From a virus (lineage: Duplodnaviria; Caudoviricetes), in IMG/VR virus record IMGVR_UViG_3300021959_007005: a DNA stretch of 64,000 bases. One strand, written 5' to 3'. Both the position numbers and the translations under genes were made by a program. Of this stretch, positions 46,848 through 56,410 are shown one piece after another. The first letter of the stretch is position 1. Each line of letters begins with the position of its first letter. Below the pieces are notes generated by a model. The model saw nothing but the letters and a program-made list of their open reading frames with translations, was not told the origin of the DNA and made no database searches.

Positions 46848-47289
46848 TTAATTTTTCAAATATGTAAATGAACCCTAGCTCATGATAGCTTTTCATGAGC
46901 ATGGGTAATTTACTTTCACTGTATTCAATACAAATATCAGTTGAACTACTGATACGGCCATTGGCATTAAATGTGATACTCATAGTTTTTGCATTAGTCT
47001 TCTGTGCAATATCTATGTAGGCAAAACTGCTGGCAGTATTTCCACTAGCTGTTACAAACACAACAAGATCTCTACTATCTAAATTGGGCACTTGTAAGTC
47101 TTCACTGTGGTACGCTCGTAATCCTTGTTGACTTAGCCGCTGCATAAACATCTTACATGCTAGTCCTACTCTACCTTTGGCAACAAACACAATGTTTCTT
47201 GCACGTTGTAGTTCAACTAGTATTGCTTGCTGTTTATCAGGATCATACAATTTAGTATAATCACACCATGCTTTGTCAAAATCACTCAT
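46801..47289 (-). CDS. SIS-domain sugar isomerase (HxlB/6-phospho-3-hexuloisomerase-like)
   Basis: KGRVGLACKMFMQRL, DLVVFVTASGNT. Confidence 0.75.
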   Translation of the reverse strand: MSDFDKAWCDYTKLYDPDKQQAILVELQRARNIVFVAKGRVGLACKMFMQRLSQQGLRAYHSEDLQVPNLDSRDLVVFVTASGNTASSFAYIDIAQKTNAKTMSITFNANGRISSSTDICIEYSESKLPMLMKSYHELGFIYIFEKLISHFPAEVFVHTNFE

Positions 47290-47290
47290 A

Positions 47291-47737
47291 TCAGTGATTC
47301 TGATTAGCTGGTGTAATGTTATCACCATGCTCAATTGTTTTAATATTATGACAATTACTACACAGTGTAACTAAGTTTCCTGGATCATTATTTGCATGAT
47401 TACCATCAATATGATCAACTGTTAAGGAAGCACGTAATAAACTGTTATACATTTTAGGATCACTTTCTTTATATTTCTTAACACGTGGCAACTCCGACGG
47501 ATCAAACTGACATTCACTACATTTACTTTCACGAAGCTGACTGTATGCTTTTGCTGGTGTTGCTAAACCACCAAATGCACTAAAGTTTCGCTGACAAGGA
47601 TCACAATAGTCTTTCTCACCTGGCCCTTTCCACAGTGTTAAATGACTGTTACAACCAGGTGTTTTACACTTGCCGCGCAGTGCCGACTTCATTTCAACAG
47701 TCGACTTTCTTACACGTTCCGTAGCTTCACGTATCAT
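47291..47737 (-). CDS. HNH endonuclease with Zn-binding Cys pairs
   Basis: CSEC...LTVDHIDGNHANNDPGNLVTLCSNCH. Confidence 0.85.
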   Translation of the reverse strand: MIREATERVRKSTVEMKSALRGKCKTPGCNSHLTLWKGPGEKDYCDPCQRNFSAFGGLATPAKAYSQLRESKCSECQFDPSELPRVKKYKESDPKMYNSLLRASLTVDHIDGNHANNDPGNLVTLCSNCHNIKTIEHGDNITPANQNH

Positions 47738-48930
47738 TATTTTACATCCTCTTCAGTAAAGTTAAATGTCTCACTAAACACTGGCAGTTTTTTACTAAAT
47801 CCAGCTACCTTTAATGCTGTTGTAATCCAATAAGGTCCGACAATTGTTTGGTTACAACGATAAGTCTTACCCTCCATCATACGCCCTGCTGCCTTTTCAA
47901 TATTACAGTGATTCTGATATGCTTCTTGTACCTTGCGTCCTTTAATGGTTCCACTAGGTGCCCATGTGTTCTGTGTAATCTTACTCAGTATTTCAGACAT
48001 TTCATCAATATATGTATTTGTAATAGTGATTCCCTGATTCATACATTGCCGAAAAAATACACTAAGGTTATCAATCTCCATTGCTACAAACGGTTTGTTA
48101 GTATTGCTAACTGAATGATAATACATTACACGCTCAAACACTTCCACTGGAAAATTACGGTTCATAACTTCTGTCATACGTGACCAAGCACCGGCACGTT
48201 TCTCATCACCAAACTTTTCGCTAGTAGCAAAGTATGAGTATTGCTCAAAGTATTCTTGTAGTTTAACACATCGTATATTCCAAAAGTCTGTTAACCCATC
48301 ATGACGGAACCCTGCAACATACTGCTTATACAAATCAATTGCTTCAAGTTTTTTACTTGTACGTCCACTATTAAATTCTACAAACCGTCTGCGAATTGCT
48401 GCACGATCATCACCTGGATATTGATCCACTGGAACCATTGCTTGTGCGGGATCAATACCAAATCCATATACTGCAATAACCCAAAGAGCAATTCCAGTAT
48501 GTTGCCCATCCCATGCTACATGCCTATCAATCTTACCATCTGCTCGCTTTGTGTCTAAATAAGTGCGTATCCGATTAATAAAATCTGGATTAAATTCTGC
48601 AACAATATTAATTAAGTTTTCACGATCTGGCCAACGCTGCATAGTGTCATTAATATCAATTTCACTAGCTGGTACATATTGTATGCTGCCCATGCCTACT
48701 ACATCTTTAACCATGTCATGATATGATTCATACCCCATAGCTCCTACCATACCTTCAGCAAGCGCACGGAACATCATTTCTAAATCACTATCTTTAGCAT
48801 ACATTTCCTGTAGTCGTTCGCCAATAGTTACAAAATGATCTTCATCTGTATGATATGAACTATTAATAATGTCTGCATATGGACTTGTTTTAATAGTATT
48901 AGCTTTATTGGTTGTCATTAGTGTCATCAT
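47737..48930 (-). CDS. ParB/Srx-like domain protein (DGQH motif)
   Basis: TMQRWPD...AWDGQHT...FVEFNSG..KKL..ID. Confidence 0.65.
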   Translation of the reverse strand: MMTLMTTNKANTIKTSPYADIINSSYHTDEDHFVTIGERLQEMYAKDSDLEMMFRALAEGMVGAMGYESYHDMVKDVVGMGSIQYVPASEIDINDTMQRWPDRENLINIVAEFNPDFINRIRTYLDTKRADGKIDRHVAWDGQHTGIALWVIAVYGFGIDPAQAMVPVDQYPGDDRAAIRRRFVEFNSGRTSKKLEAIDLYKQYVAGFRHDGLTDFWNIRCVKLQEYFEQYSYFATSEKFGDEKRAGAWSRMTEVMNRNFPVEVFERVMYYHSVSNTNKPFVAMEIDNLSVFFRQCMNQGITITNTYIDEMSEILSKITQNTWAPSGTIKGRKVQEAYQNHCNIEKAAGRMMEGKTYRCNQTIVGPYWITTALKVAGFSKKLPVFSETFNFTEEDVK

Positions 48931-49029
48931 TTATATTCTCTTCTGCTCCAATTAAAAAATTGTTGTTTAAAGTTTAGATGTCTTCGTTGTACAGTATTAT
49001 AACACATGAGTCAATATAAAAAGGCAAGA

Positions 49030-50430
49030 TTACGTACTATATTTGTGCAAATGCTGCATTGACCACAAAAATAATTGATGATTTAACTGAGCATCAACAT
49101 TTAATGGTGCCATTGACAACCATATGGCACCTACACCCAGTTCAATTTTTTGCCAGTTATTTTTGTAAATATCTGAATCTCTGAATTTATTTAAACGTAT
49201 TAAGTCTTTTTCAGTAACAGTAACTCCATCAGTTACCATATGATTTAAGTTAATATTGTGCAGCCATAAGCTATGATAAAATTTACAGATATCATAAAAT
49301 ATGTCATTGACTACGCCAGCACGATGGTCTATATAATTTATACTATCTGGTGTTACAACGATATTGTCTAATACAAGATCCCCATGACATGGTCCTAGTA
49401 TCCCATTATTAAGTATATCCCAATTAATTGATTCAACTAGACGAGTACAATCGACATTAACACCATTAATGTCTAATACGCCGCCATACTTCTCGTCTTG
49501 ATCGCACATCATTTCAAAACGTTGCCAAGTCTTATCTTGCCACAATTCTTTATTATTAACAACTACATTGTTGTTTAAACAATATGTCCATAAATTTTCT
49601 AAGTTGTTGTAGATTCTATCATAATTTCCATTATACGGATTAACATCTCCATTAACAAATTCATAACTTAATGACGTTGGTGTACATATTACTGGTGATG
49701 GATGTGGAAATGTAGTATTTGTTACATTAATATTAGTTTCCGTACTAAACAGTTTAATTATTCTGTCATTTACTTTATATACTTCTTGATGTGACTTATC
49801 AAGAACTAAAAATTCATCCTCAAAATGAGTAAACGCTCCGCTACTGCTTTCTCTGTTTCCTACATCATACCAAGTATCTAATGCATGCTCATTTAAGTTG
49901 TTGAGCTCTTTTAATATCAATAAATCATTACGACTATGATTGCTGTCTTGGAGTATGCGATAATAATCTTTACTGTCTTTTATAAAACTTATGCCGCTAT
50001 ACACTGAGCAGTTATCTGAATCATAATATTCACTATTTTCTGGATAACATACGAACCAAGTATTTTCATCAACCAGAGGAACCAATGTACTCCAATTGTC
50101 ACATGCGTTATAGTAAAATGGCTTATCAAATACATACTCAGGTATTTGTTTAAAGCTAGCAATTTGGCCACTGTTCCAGTTTGCTATTTCGATAAATTCT
50201 ATATTTTTATATCCAGCATGTGTCAAGTATTCACGTACTCGATCACCTTCATACCCAAGAGTAATATATATTGTATCTATGTCAGTATAGCTAGCAATAA
50301 TATGATCTATTACAGCATATGGTCCAACACGATTTAATGTTTTATGAAATTTGGTATAGCCAGCACTCCTAGTACCAGGCCCACTACATGGAATAAGTAA
50401 GTTTTTGCATGTTTTGTGTATAGTCTTCAT
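49030..50430 (-). CDS. Fused sugar nucleotidyltransferase and choline/aminoglycoside-type phosphotransferase
   Basis: N-terminal LIPCSGPGTR...K and ACDN; C-terminal HGDLVLDNI, YIDHR, YDICK. Confidence 0.78.
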   Translation of the reverse strand: MKTIHKTCKNLLIPCSGPGTRSAGYTKFHKTLNRVGPYAVIDHIIASYTDIDTIYITLGYEGDRVREYLTHAGYKNIEFIEIANWNSGQIASFKQIPEYVFDKPFYYNACDNWSTLVPLVDENTWFVCYPENSEYYDSDNCSVYSGISFIKDSKDYYRILQDSNHSRNDLLILKELNNLNEHALDTWYDVGNRESSSGAFTHFEDEFLVLDKSHQEVYKVNDRIIKLFSTETNINVTNTTFPHPSPVICTPTSLSYEFVNGDVNPYNGNYDRIYNNLENLWTYCLNNNVVVNNKELWQDKTWQRFEMMCDQDEKYGGVLDINGVNVDCTRLVESINWDILNNGILGPCHGDLVLDNIVVTPDSINYIDHRAGVVNDIFYDICKFYHSLWLHNINLNHMVTDGVTVTEKDLIRLNKFRDSDIYKNNWQKIELGVGAIWLSMAPLNVDAQLNHQLFLWSMQHLHKYST

Positions 50431-51013
50431 TGAATATTATTTTACTTCCTGCTATTAACCGAATGTTGTCTTGATTTTTAAAACGCTCATATGTTTCATA
50501 TGTTACACCACCGTCTATTGTAACATGTCTTTGCGTATCTGTCAATTTATCCAAGTCAAAGAAGCTATTTTGTACTTTAATTCCTGGGTTATACGCCATA
50601 AGCAAAAAAGAGTCTACATCCAATCTATCACATATATTATCCATTTTTTGTACTGTGTGGTATGGCTTAAATGCTAATTTAAGTCTTGGGTCTTGACTTA
50701 AGAAGTCAACACAATGTTGTTCACTGTGAAAACTTTCATAGTGTGCAAATATAACATCTGCGCTGCTATTCAGTATTGCATCCCATGCAGGATTATTACA
50801 TGTTATCATGGCATGCACATCTATGTGTTCTGCAAAATGTTTTCTAGCTTCATCTATAGCTTCAGGGTGACATCCTAATCTAGGAACAAAACTGCCATCC
50901 ATAAAGTCCATGTGTAATCCTACTGATCCTTTTGCAAAACTTCTAGACAGATCGTTATGGGTGTTTCTAATATTAATCCAGCTATCACATATATAACTTA
51001 AACTTAATTGCAT
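50384..51013 (-). CDS. rpe: Ribulose-phosphate 3-epimerase family protein
   Basis: HMDFMDGSFVP, DVHAMI, LMAYNPG, IDGGV, IAGS. Confidence 0.85.
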   Translation of the reverse strand: MQLSLSYICDSWINIRNTHNDLSRSFAKGSVGLHMDFMDGSFVPRLGCHPEAIDEARKHFAEHIDVHAMITCNNPAWDAILNSSADVIFAHYESFHSEQHCVDFLSQDPRLKLAFKPYHTVQKMDNICDRLDVDSFLLMAYNPGIKVQNSFFDLDKLTDTQRHVTIDGGVTYETYERFKNQDNIRLIAGSKIIFNEDYTQNMQKLTYSM

Positions 51014-51020
51014 ATTTTGC

Positions 51021-51674
51021 CTACACTTTCTTTTTTCCTATTAACATATAACGATCATACTTTAATGTGGGTAATGTTTTACACAAATAAGTATTAATAT
51101 TACTTATGTGCATAAATTCCTTTAAATCTGTACAGCATCTAATATGCTCATCCAAGTCAATATAATTATTACTTTGCAATACAATAGTAGCATGATCTGG
51201 TTGATTACTTAACCATTGATCGTATTGTTCTTGTGTAATATGTTCGCAGCTAGTATTTACAACAACATCAGCAGTCTTATCTACAAATGTTGTCATATCT
51301 GCGGTTATTGCACTAAATTTTCCTTGATCCAAATAAAGTGTATTTACTGTGTTTGCAATTTCTTCACACACAGGATCTATATCTACACTTTTAATTGTGT
51401 TTATATTAATATTAGAGTTAAATAATATACTTGCAAGTACTCCATTCCACCCACCGTATATAACAATATCTAACGGTCTGACAGGCACAAACCCTACTAG
51501 GTTCTCAGCTAACCATATTTTACTATTAACTTGGCCCTTCCAAAAACTTTCAAGTGTGCGATATCGGTCATCACTATCGCGAATCGCATCCATCCAAAAT
51601 AATACATCTTGTATGTTAATTTTCATTGGCATTCCGTATAGCTCAATAGGAAGTAACGGTGATTTGGAATTCAT
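51021..51674 (-). CDS. Class I SAM-dependent methyltransferase-like protein
   Basis: GQVNSKIWL, VIYGGWNG, SVDID, VNTSCEH. Confidence 0.72.
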   Translation of the reverse strand: MNSKSPLLPIELYGMPMKINIQDVLFWMDAIRDSDDRYRTLESFWKGQVNSKIWLAENLVGFVPVRPLDIVIYGGWNGVLASILFNSNININTIKSVDIDPVCEEIANTVNTLYLDQGKFSAITADMTTFVDKTADVVVNTSCEHITQEQYDQWLSNQPDHATIVLQSNNYIDLDEHIRCCTDLKEFMHISNINTYLCKTLPTLKYDRYMLIGKKKV

Positions 51675-51736
51675 TATTGCTCTCTTAAGGTTACATAAAT
51701 ACTTATGTACGTATATAATAAAGGATTTTTTACAAA

Positions 51737-52972
51737 ATGTCAAATGTTGGGTTTATAGGGGTTGGTAAACTAGGTATGCCTTGTGCAGAAGCAATAGCTA
51801 AAAAAGGTCATTATGTGGTTGGTTACGATATATCATCTAGACATAGTGATATTATTAAAACTGTGGAAACTATTAAAGAAGTTACACAAGGTAAAGATAT
51901 TGTATTTGTTGCTGTTCCAACACCACATGATCCTAAGTATGATGGAGATGCACCTACTGCACACTTGGATCCAAAAGATTTTAGTTACGATATTGTTAAA
52001 CAGTGTTTAGCAGAAGCTAACAAATACATGAACAAAGATCAATTATTAATCCTAATTAGTACAGTATTGCCTGGAACAACAAGAAGAGAATTTATCGATC
52101 TCGTTCCAAATACAAGATTTATATACAATCCATATTTAATTGCAATGGGCAGTGTAGCATGGGATATGGTAAATCCCGAAATGGTTATGATTGGCACAGA
52201 AGACGGAAGTGAAACAGGCGATGCAAAAAAATTAGTAGACTTCTACAAGACTATAATGGAAAACAATCCACGCTACGTAATAGGTACATGGGACGAGTGT
52301 GAATGTATCAAAGTATTTTATAACACATTTATTAGTGCTAAGTTAGGGCTAGTTAATATGATACAAGATGTTGCAGAAAAGCAAGGAAATATTAATGTAG
52401 ACGTTGTCACAAAAGCACTTGCTGAAAGTGATATGAGAATTATGGGTAAACAATTTATGACAGCAGGAATGGGCGACGGTGGTGCATGTCATCCAAGAGA
52501 TAATATCGCACTACGTTATATGGCAGAAAAATTAGATTTAGGTTACGACTTATTTGATAGCATTATGAATGCTAGAGAAATTCAAGCACAAAATATGGCT
52601 AAATCTGTTGCACATCTAGCAAAATTGCATCGCATGCCAGTGGTTATACACGGAAAAGCATACAAACCAAATGTACCATATCAAGAAGGCAGCTATAGCA
52701 AACTAGTAGGACATTATGTAGCACAAGCAGGTATCAGTGATATAAATTATGTTGATCCGCAAACAGACGACTATTATAAACCCACTGGTCCTTGCGTGTT
52801 TTTGCTTGCACATAGTGCTAGTATCACATACGAATATACTGGTAAATTACAAGAAGATAAATTATATTGTGATATTCCAGACGGTAGTATTGTAGTTGAC
52901 CCATGGCGTAAGTTCCAAAGCGATACTTGTACAGTTATACATTATGGAAATTCCAGGGAAATAAATAACTAG
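51737..52972 (+). CDS. ugd: UDP-glucose/GDP-mannose 6-dehydrogenase
   Basis: GFIGVGKLG, VAVPTP, STVLPGT, IKVFYN, catalytic GGAC..RD, GKAYKP. Confidence 0.9.
   Translation: MSNVGFIGVGKLGMPCAEAIAKKGHYVVGYDISSRHSDIIKTVETIKEVTQGKDIVFVAVPTPHDPKYDGDAPTAHLDPKDFSYDIVKQCLAEANKYMNKDQLLILISTVLPGTTRREFIDLVPNTRFIYNPYLIAMGSVAWDMVNPEMVMIGTEDGSETGDAKKLVDFYKTIMENNPRYVIGTWDECECIKVFYNTFISAKLGLVNMIQDVAEKQGNINVDVVTKALAESDMRIMGKQFMTAGMGDGGACHPRDNIALRYMAEKLDLGYDLFDSIMNAREIQAQNMAKSVAHLAKLHRMPVVIHGKAYKPNVPYQEGSYSKLVGHYVAQAGISDINYVDPQTDDYYKPTGPCVFLLAHSASITYEYTGKLQEDKLYCDIPDGSIVVDPWRKFQSDTCTVIHYGNSREINN
52961..52967 (+). promoter_or_regulatory. T4-like late promoter ATAAATA, 6 nt before ATG 52974
   Basis: Lies inside the last codons of ugd; no SD sequence before the rSAM start. 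Confidence 0.45.
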
Positions 52973-52973
52973 T

Positions 52974-54851
52974 ATGAAAAACGTTTATCTCAGTCAGATG
53001 AGTTTAGAACTACCTGGTTCTAAATATTATTACTTTCCCTACAGTGTTGGTGTAGTATGGTGTTACGCATCAAATGATCCAGTAGTTAAAGAAAATTATC
53101 AATTGAAAGAACTTTATTTTTTAAAAGATGATCTTGATACTATAGTCAATAATATGGAAGATCCTGCTGTTCTAGGACTTAGTAGTTATATATGGAATAC
53201 TAATTATAATGAAGAGTTTGCTAAGAAAGTTAAAGCACGTTGGCCAGAATGTAAGATTATTGTCGGTGGCGCAAATGCACCGGACAGTGATATAGAATAT
53301 TTTAAAAACAAACCATATATTGATTATCTTATACACCAAGAGGGAGAAATTAGTTTTCTCGGGCTTCTTAAAAGTTTTATAGGCGAACAAGATGAAGAGA
53401 AAGTACCTGGTATTAGTATTAACCGCAATGGTGAAAGAATTACAACAGGTAAAAGTGTCAGAGTCAATGACTTAACTAATGTACCCAGTCCATACTTAAC
53501 TGGATTATTCGATGACATTATAGCCAAGTACAGCAATCGTGATGATATGATATTAAACGGTATTATTGAAACTAACAGAGGGTGTCCATTCATGTGTACG
53601 TTCTGTGATTGGGGAGGTACTACATTTAGTAAAGTTAAGAAGTTCGATATAACAAGAATTGAAGCAGAAGTTAAATGGTTTGCTGAAAACAAAATTGAAT
53701 ACATCAACAACACTGATGCTAACTTTGGCATATTTAAAGAACGTGATATGGCTATTACTGATATGCTTATTGCTACAAAAGAAAAATATGGTTTCCCAGA
53801 AATATTTGATACAAACTGGAATAAAAATAACAATCAGGCAACAGTAGAGATGGCAAGCAAATTGTTAAATGCTGGTATGATGCGTAGATTTACTGCTAGC
53901 TTACAAAGTATGAACCCTGATGTACTTAAAGCTATTAAACGCACAAACCTAAATGGTGAGCAACTGGATAATATTGTAGATGATGCACGTAAGATTGGTA
54001 TTAGTGTTAGTACTGAGATGATTGTTGGATTGCCGGAAGAAACATACGAAAGTTGGAAGGAAGGTATTTGCCAACTACTAAAAGATGATTTCATTGTGGA
54101 AAGTTATCCACTTGCATTGTTGCAAAATAGTGAAATGAATGATCCTGTATATAAAGAGAAATATGGAATTATCACAAAGAAAGTAAAAAGTTATTTTAGT
54201 AACTATGTAGACGAATGGCAAGATATGGTTGTAGGCACACGTACTATGCCAGAAAACATGATGAGTCGTGTGTGGTTGTGGACCTGGTTAACAAACAAAC
54301 TCGAAGCAAACGGATTTACGCATCTTCTTAGTCGTTACTTAGAAAAGTATCATAACATTGAACAAAAAGATTTCTATGAGGCTTTACTAGAAACATTCTT
54401 GAATAACGAAGACAGTGTCTATTACCCGCACCTACAAAAATGGGGGAAACATGCTGCAGATTTACAATTCCAATACTTTATAGCAGGATTTATATACGGA
54501 GAAGTATTAGTAGATATTGGACAATACCGTAGAGCAAAATTCTTTAAAGAAGTTTATGAAGTTGCAAATAGCTTGTTGGATAAATTTGACCCTATGCTAA
54601 GTCAAGTTATCGATCTTCAGGAAAAAATTCAGAGACAAAAAGGCGAACACAAACATGTAATCAGATGTGATGCTAACCTATATGAGTATATTGTAGAAAA
54701 TAAAAAATTAGAATTAGAAGAAACGAACTACGTGATTACAAATAAAAATATACAAGAGCGATTCGAAGGCGACTGGATAGCTTTTCTGAACTTTGCTCGC
54801 AAAAATAAGGGATGGACCAATGAGTTGGAAACAGCCCAAATGTCAGTATAG
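52974..54851 (+). CDS. Cobalamin-binding radical SAM protein (class B methylase-like)
   Basis: B12-domain motifs GLSSYIWN, IIVGGAN, HQEGE; ETNRGCPFMCTFCDW; EMIVGLPEET. Confidence 0.9.
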   Translation: MKNVYLSQMSLELPGSKYYYFPYSVGVVWCYASNDPVVKENYQLKELYFLKDDLDTIVNNMEDPAVLGLSSYIWNTNYNEEFAKKVKARWPECKIIVGGANAPDSDIEYFKNKPYIDYLIHQEGEISFLGLLKSFIGEQDEEKVPGISINRNGERITTGKSVRVNDLTNVPSPYLTGLFDDIIAKYSNRDDMILNGIIETNRGCPFMCTFCDWGGTTFSKVKKFDITRIEAEVKWFAENKIEYINNTDANFGIFKERDMAITDMLIATKEKYGFPEIFDTNWNKNNNQATVEMASKLLNAGMMRRFTASLQSMNPDVLKAIKRTNLNGEQLDNIVDDARKIGISVSTEMIVGLPEETYESWKEGICQLLKDDFIVESYPLALLQNSEMNDPVYKEKYGIITKKVKSYFSNYVDEWQDMVVGTRTMPENMMSRVWLWTWLTNKLEANGFTHLLSRYLEKYHNIEQKDFYEALLETFLNNEDSVYYPHLQKWGKHAADLQFQYFIAGFIYGEVLVDIGQYRRAKFFKEVYEVANSLLDKFDPMLSQVIDLQEKIQRQKGEHKHVIRCDANLYEYIVENKKLELEETNYVITNKNIQERFEGDWIAFLNFARKNKGWTNELETAQMSV

Positions 54852-54862
54852 AGAGTATATTA

Positions 54863-55825
54863 TTATTTGAAAGAATAAGTATTATTTGATAATGTAACTG
54901 ATGTTTTAACAATATCAGTGTCAAAAATTATTTTGTCAAGTGTACACTGTTGCCCATACTTCAAAAACCATTGCCTGTCCTTCTGAGATCCATTATGATT
55001 TATTCCCATAATATGACGTCCAGGACGGTGTATCCAATGATTAACGTCTACACCGTATTGTGCAATGTTATGCTCTTTTGCAAGTTTATTCATCCATTCA
55101 ATTCTTTCTTTATCTGTTTGTTCTGTATTAGTGATAATATTATCAGATTGTGGTACACAGATAGCAAACCACGGGCTTACAGTTTCCTTAGGAACCATTT
55201 CCTGTCTTTCAAGTAAATGAAAATGTTTATCATTTAATATCATTTCTAAATCTTTACCCAGACTGGCATAACTTAAAAATAAACAATGTTTTTTTGTAAA
55301 GTCAGTATTTTTTGATTTTTGATCATCTTGTGTTAGGTATTTTAAATCTTGCGGATCATCCGCTGCATGCCATTGTTTTAATACACTTCTTAAATAACTT
55401 TGTAGTCCATTACCAGAAGACATTGCAGCTTCTAGTGTGTGTATCTGATGATTTAATTCAATTAAGATCTTTTTAAATTCAGGGTCATCATTACTATTAA
55501 CAATATTTACATTTTCAGCAAAATCGTCGTGAATCACATTTAGCATTTCCTGAGTATACGGCGGCTTGTCCCATCCTTCTACAATATCGACACCGTACTG
55601 ATTGACTAAACTTTGACATCTAACAAAAACTTCATTATGGTAGTAGTCGAGAGAATTAATAGTTGTTGGTGACTCACTATTCATTTCAAAATCTACATGG
55701 CCCGTATCTCTATAAAATTTCCAAAGTTTTAACCATTTTTCTACTACAGTGTGATCTGTTTGTAAAGTATAGTCTAGCGAAATACTTTCATCACCACAAG
55801 AATATATTAGTGTTACCATATTCAT
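54863..55825 (-). CDS. Hypothetical His/Glu-motif protein (paralog of 57470-58450)
   Basis: LNVIHDDF, ELNHQIHTLE, LFLSYASLGKD. Confidence 0.7.
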   Translation of the reverse strand: MNMVTLIYSCGDESISLDYTLQTDHTVVEKWLKLWKFYRDTGHVDFEMNSESPTTINSLDYYHNEVFVRCQSLVNQYGVDIVEGWDKPPYTQEMLNVIHDDFAENVNIVNSNDDPEFKKILIELNHQIHTLEAAMSSGNGLQSYLRSVLKQWHAADDPQDLKYLTQDDQKSKNTDFTKKHCLFLSYASLGKDLEMILNDKHFHLLERQEMVPKETVSPWFAICVPQSDNIITNTEQTDKERIEWMNKLAKEHNIAQYGVDVNHWIHRPGRHIMGINHNGSQKDRQWFLKYGQQCTLDKIIFDTDIVKTSVTLSNNTYSFK

Positions 55826-55857
55826 AATTATAAAGATCCTCTATATATGTTAAATAC

Positions 55858-55871
55858 TATTTATATAAATA
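55858..55871. promoter_or_regulatory. Perfect palindrome TATTTATATAAATA: back-to-back late promoters
   Basis: Lies between the divergent genes starting at 55825 (-) and 55895 (+). Confidence 0.6.
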
Positions 55872-55894
55872 AGTATGTAGTTAATGGATACCCA

Positions 55895-56410
55895 ATGAAA
55901 GCACTGATAATTATTGATATGTGGGATAGATATCATCCTGGGCATACAAGATTTCAAAACATACTAGAACAAACTGTTAATAGATTAAGTAATGTAATAA
56001 AAAGATGGCAAGGGCCTGTTGTACTAGCTTGCTATAATACACACAAAGATCTAGTTACAAATCAATGGCAGACTACTAATTTGCCGTGGACTAGTCCTAA
56101 CTTGTTGCTTGAAATAACAACAAATGATCATTCCAACAGTATTATTGATTGGGATAAGGATAGTGTGTTTGAATTTTTAGTAAAACACAACACAACAGAA
56201 CTTGTGTATGCAGGTGCTAGTTTGCCTGGATGTATATTAGATAGACCGCTTGGAATAAAATCAATGCAACAACATTTTAATTGTAGTGTACTAATAGATT
56301 GTGCTATAAACTTAACCAGTACAGGTTATAATGAACAAGAAATAATCCATGACGCTTATAGATTTGCCCTCAATAACAACTACAATTTGTACACGAGTAA
56401 TAACATATGA
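55895..56410 (+). CDS. Isochorismatase/cysteine hydrolase-like protein
   Basis: ALIIIDMW and LVYAGASLPGCI (Cys nucleophile position). Confidence 0.7.
   Translation: MKALIIIDMWDRYHPGHTRFQNILEQTVNRLSNVIKRWQGPVVLACYNTHKDLVTNQWQTTNLPWTSPNLLLEITTNDHSNSIIDWDKDSVFEFLVKHNTTELVYAGASLPGCILDRPLGIKSMQQHFNCSVLIDCAINLTSTGYNEQEIIHDAYRFALNNNYNLYTSNNI

Noticed and set aside
48986-49014. Possible minus-strand sigma70 promoter for the ParB-like/HNH pair (TTGACT-N17-TACAAC, or an extended -10 TGTTATAAT)
   Set aside because: The -35 and -10 elements do not line up at a canonical spacing with a good match, so it is not called.
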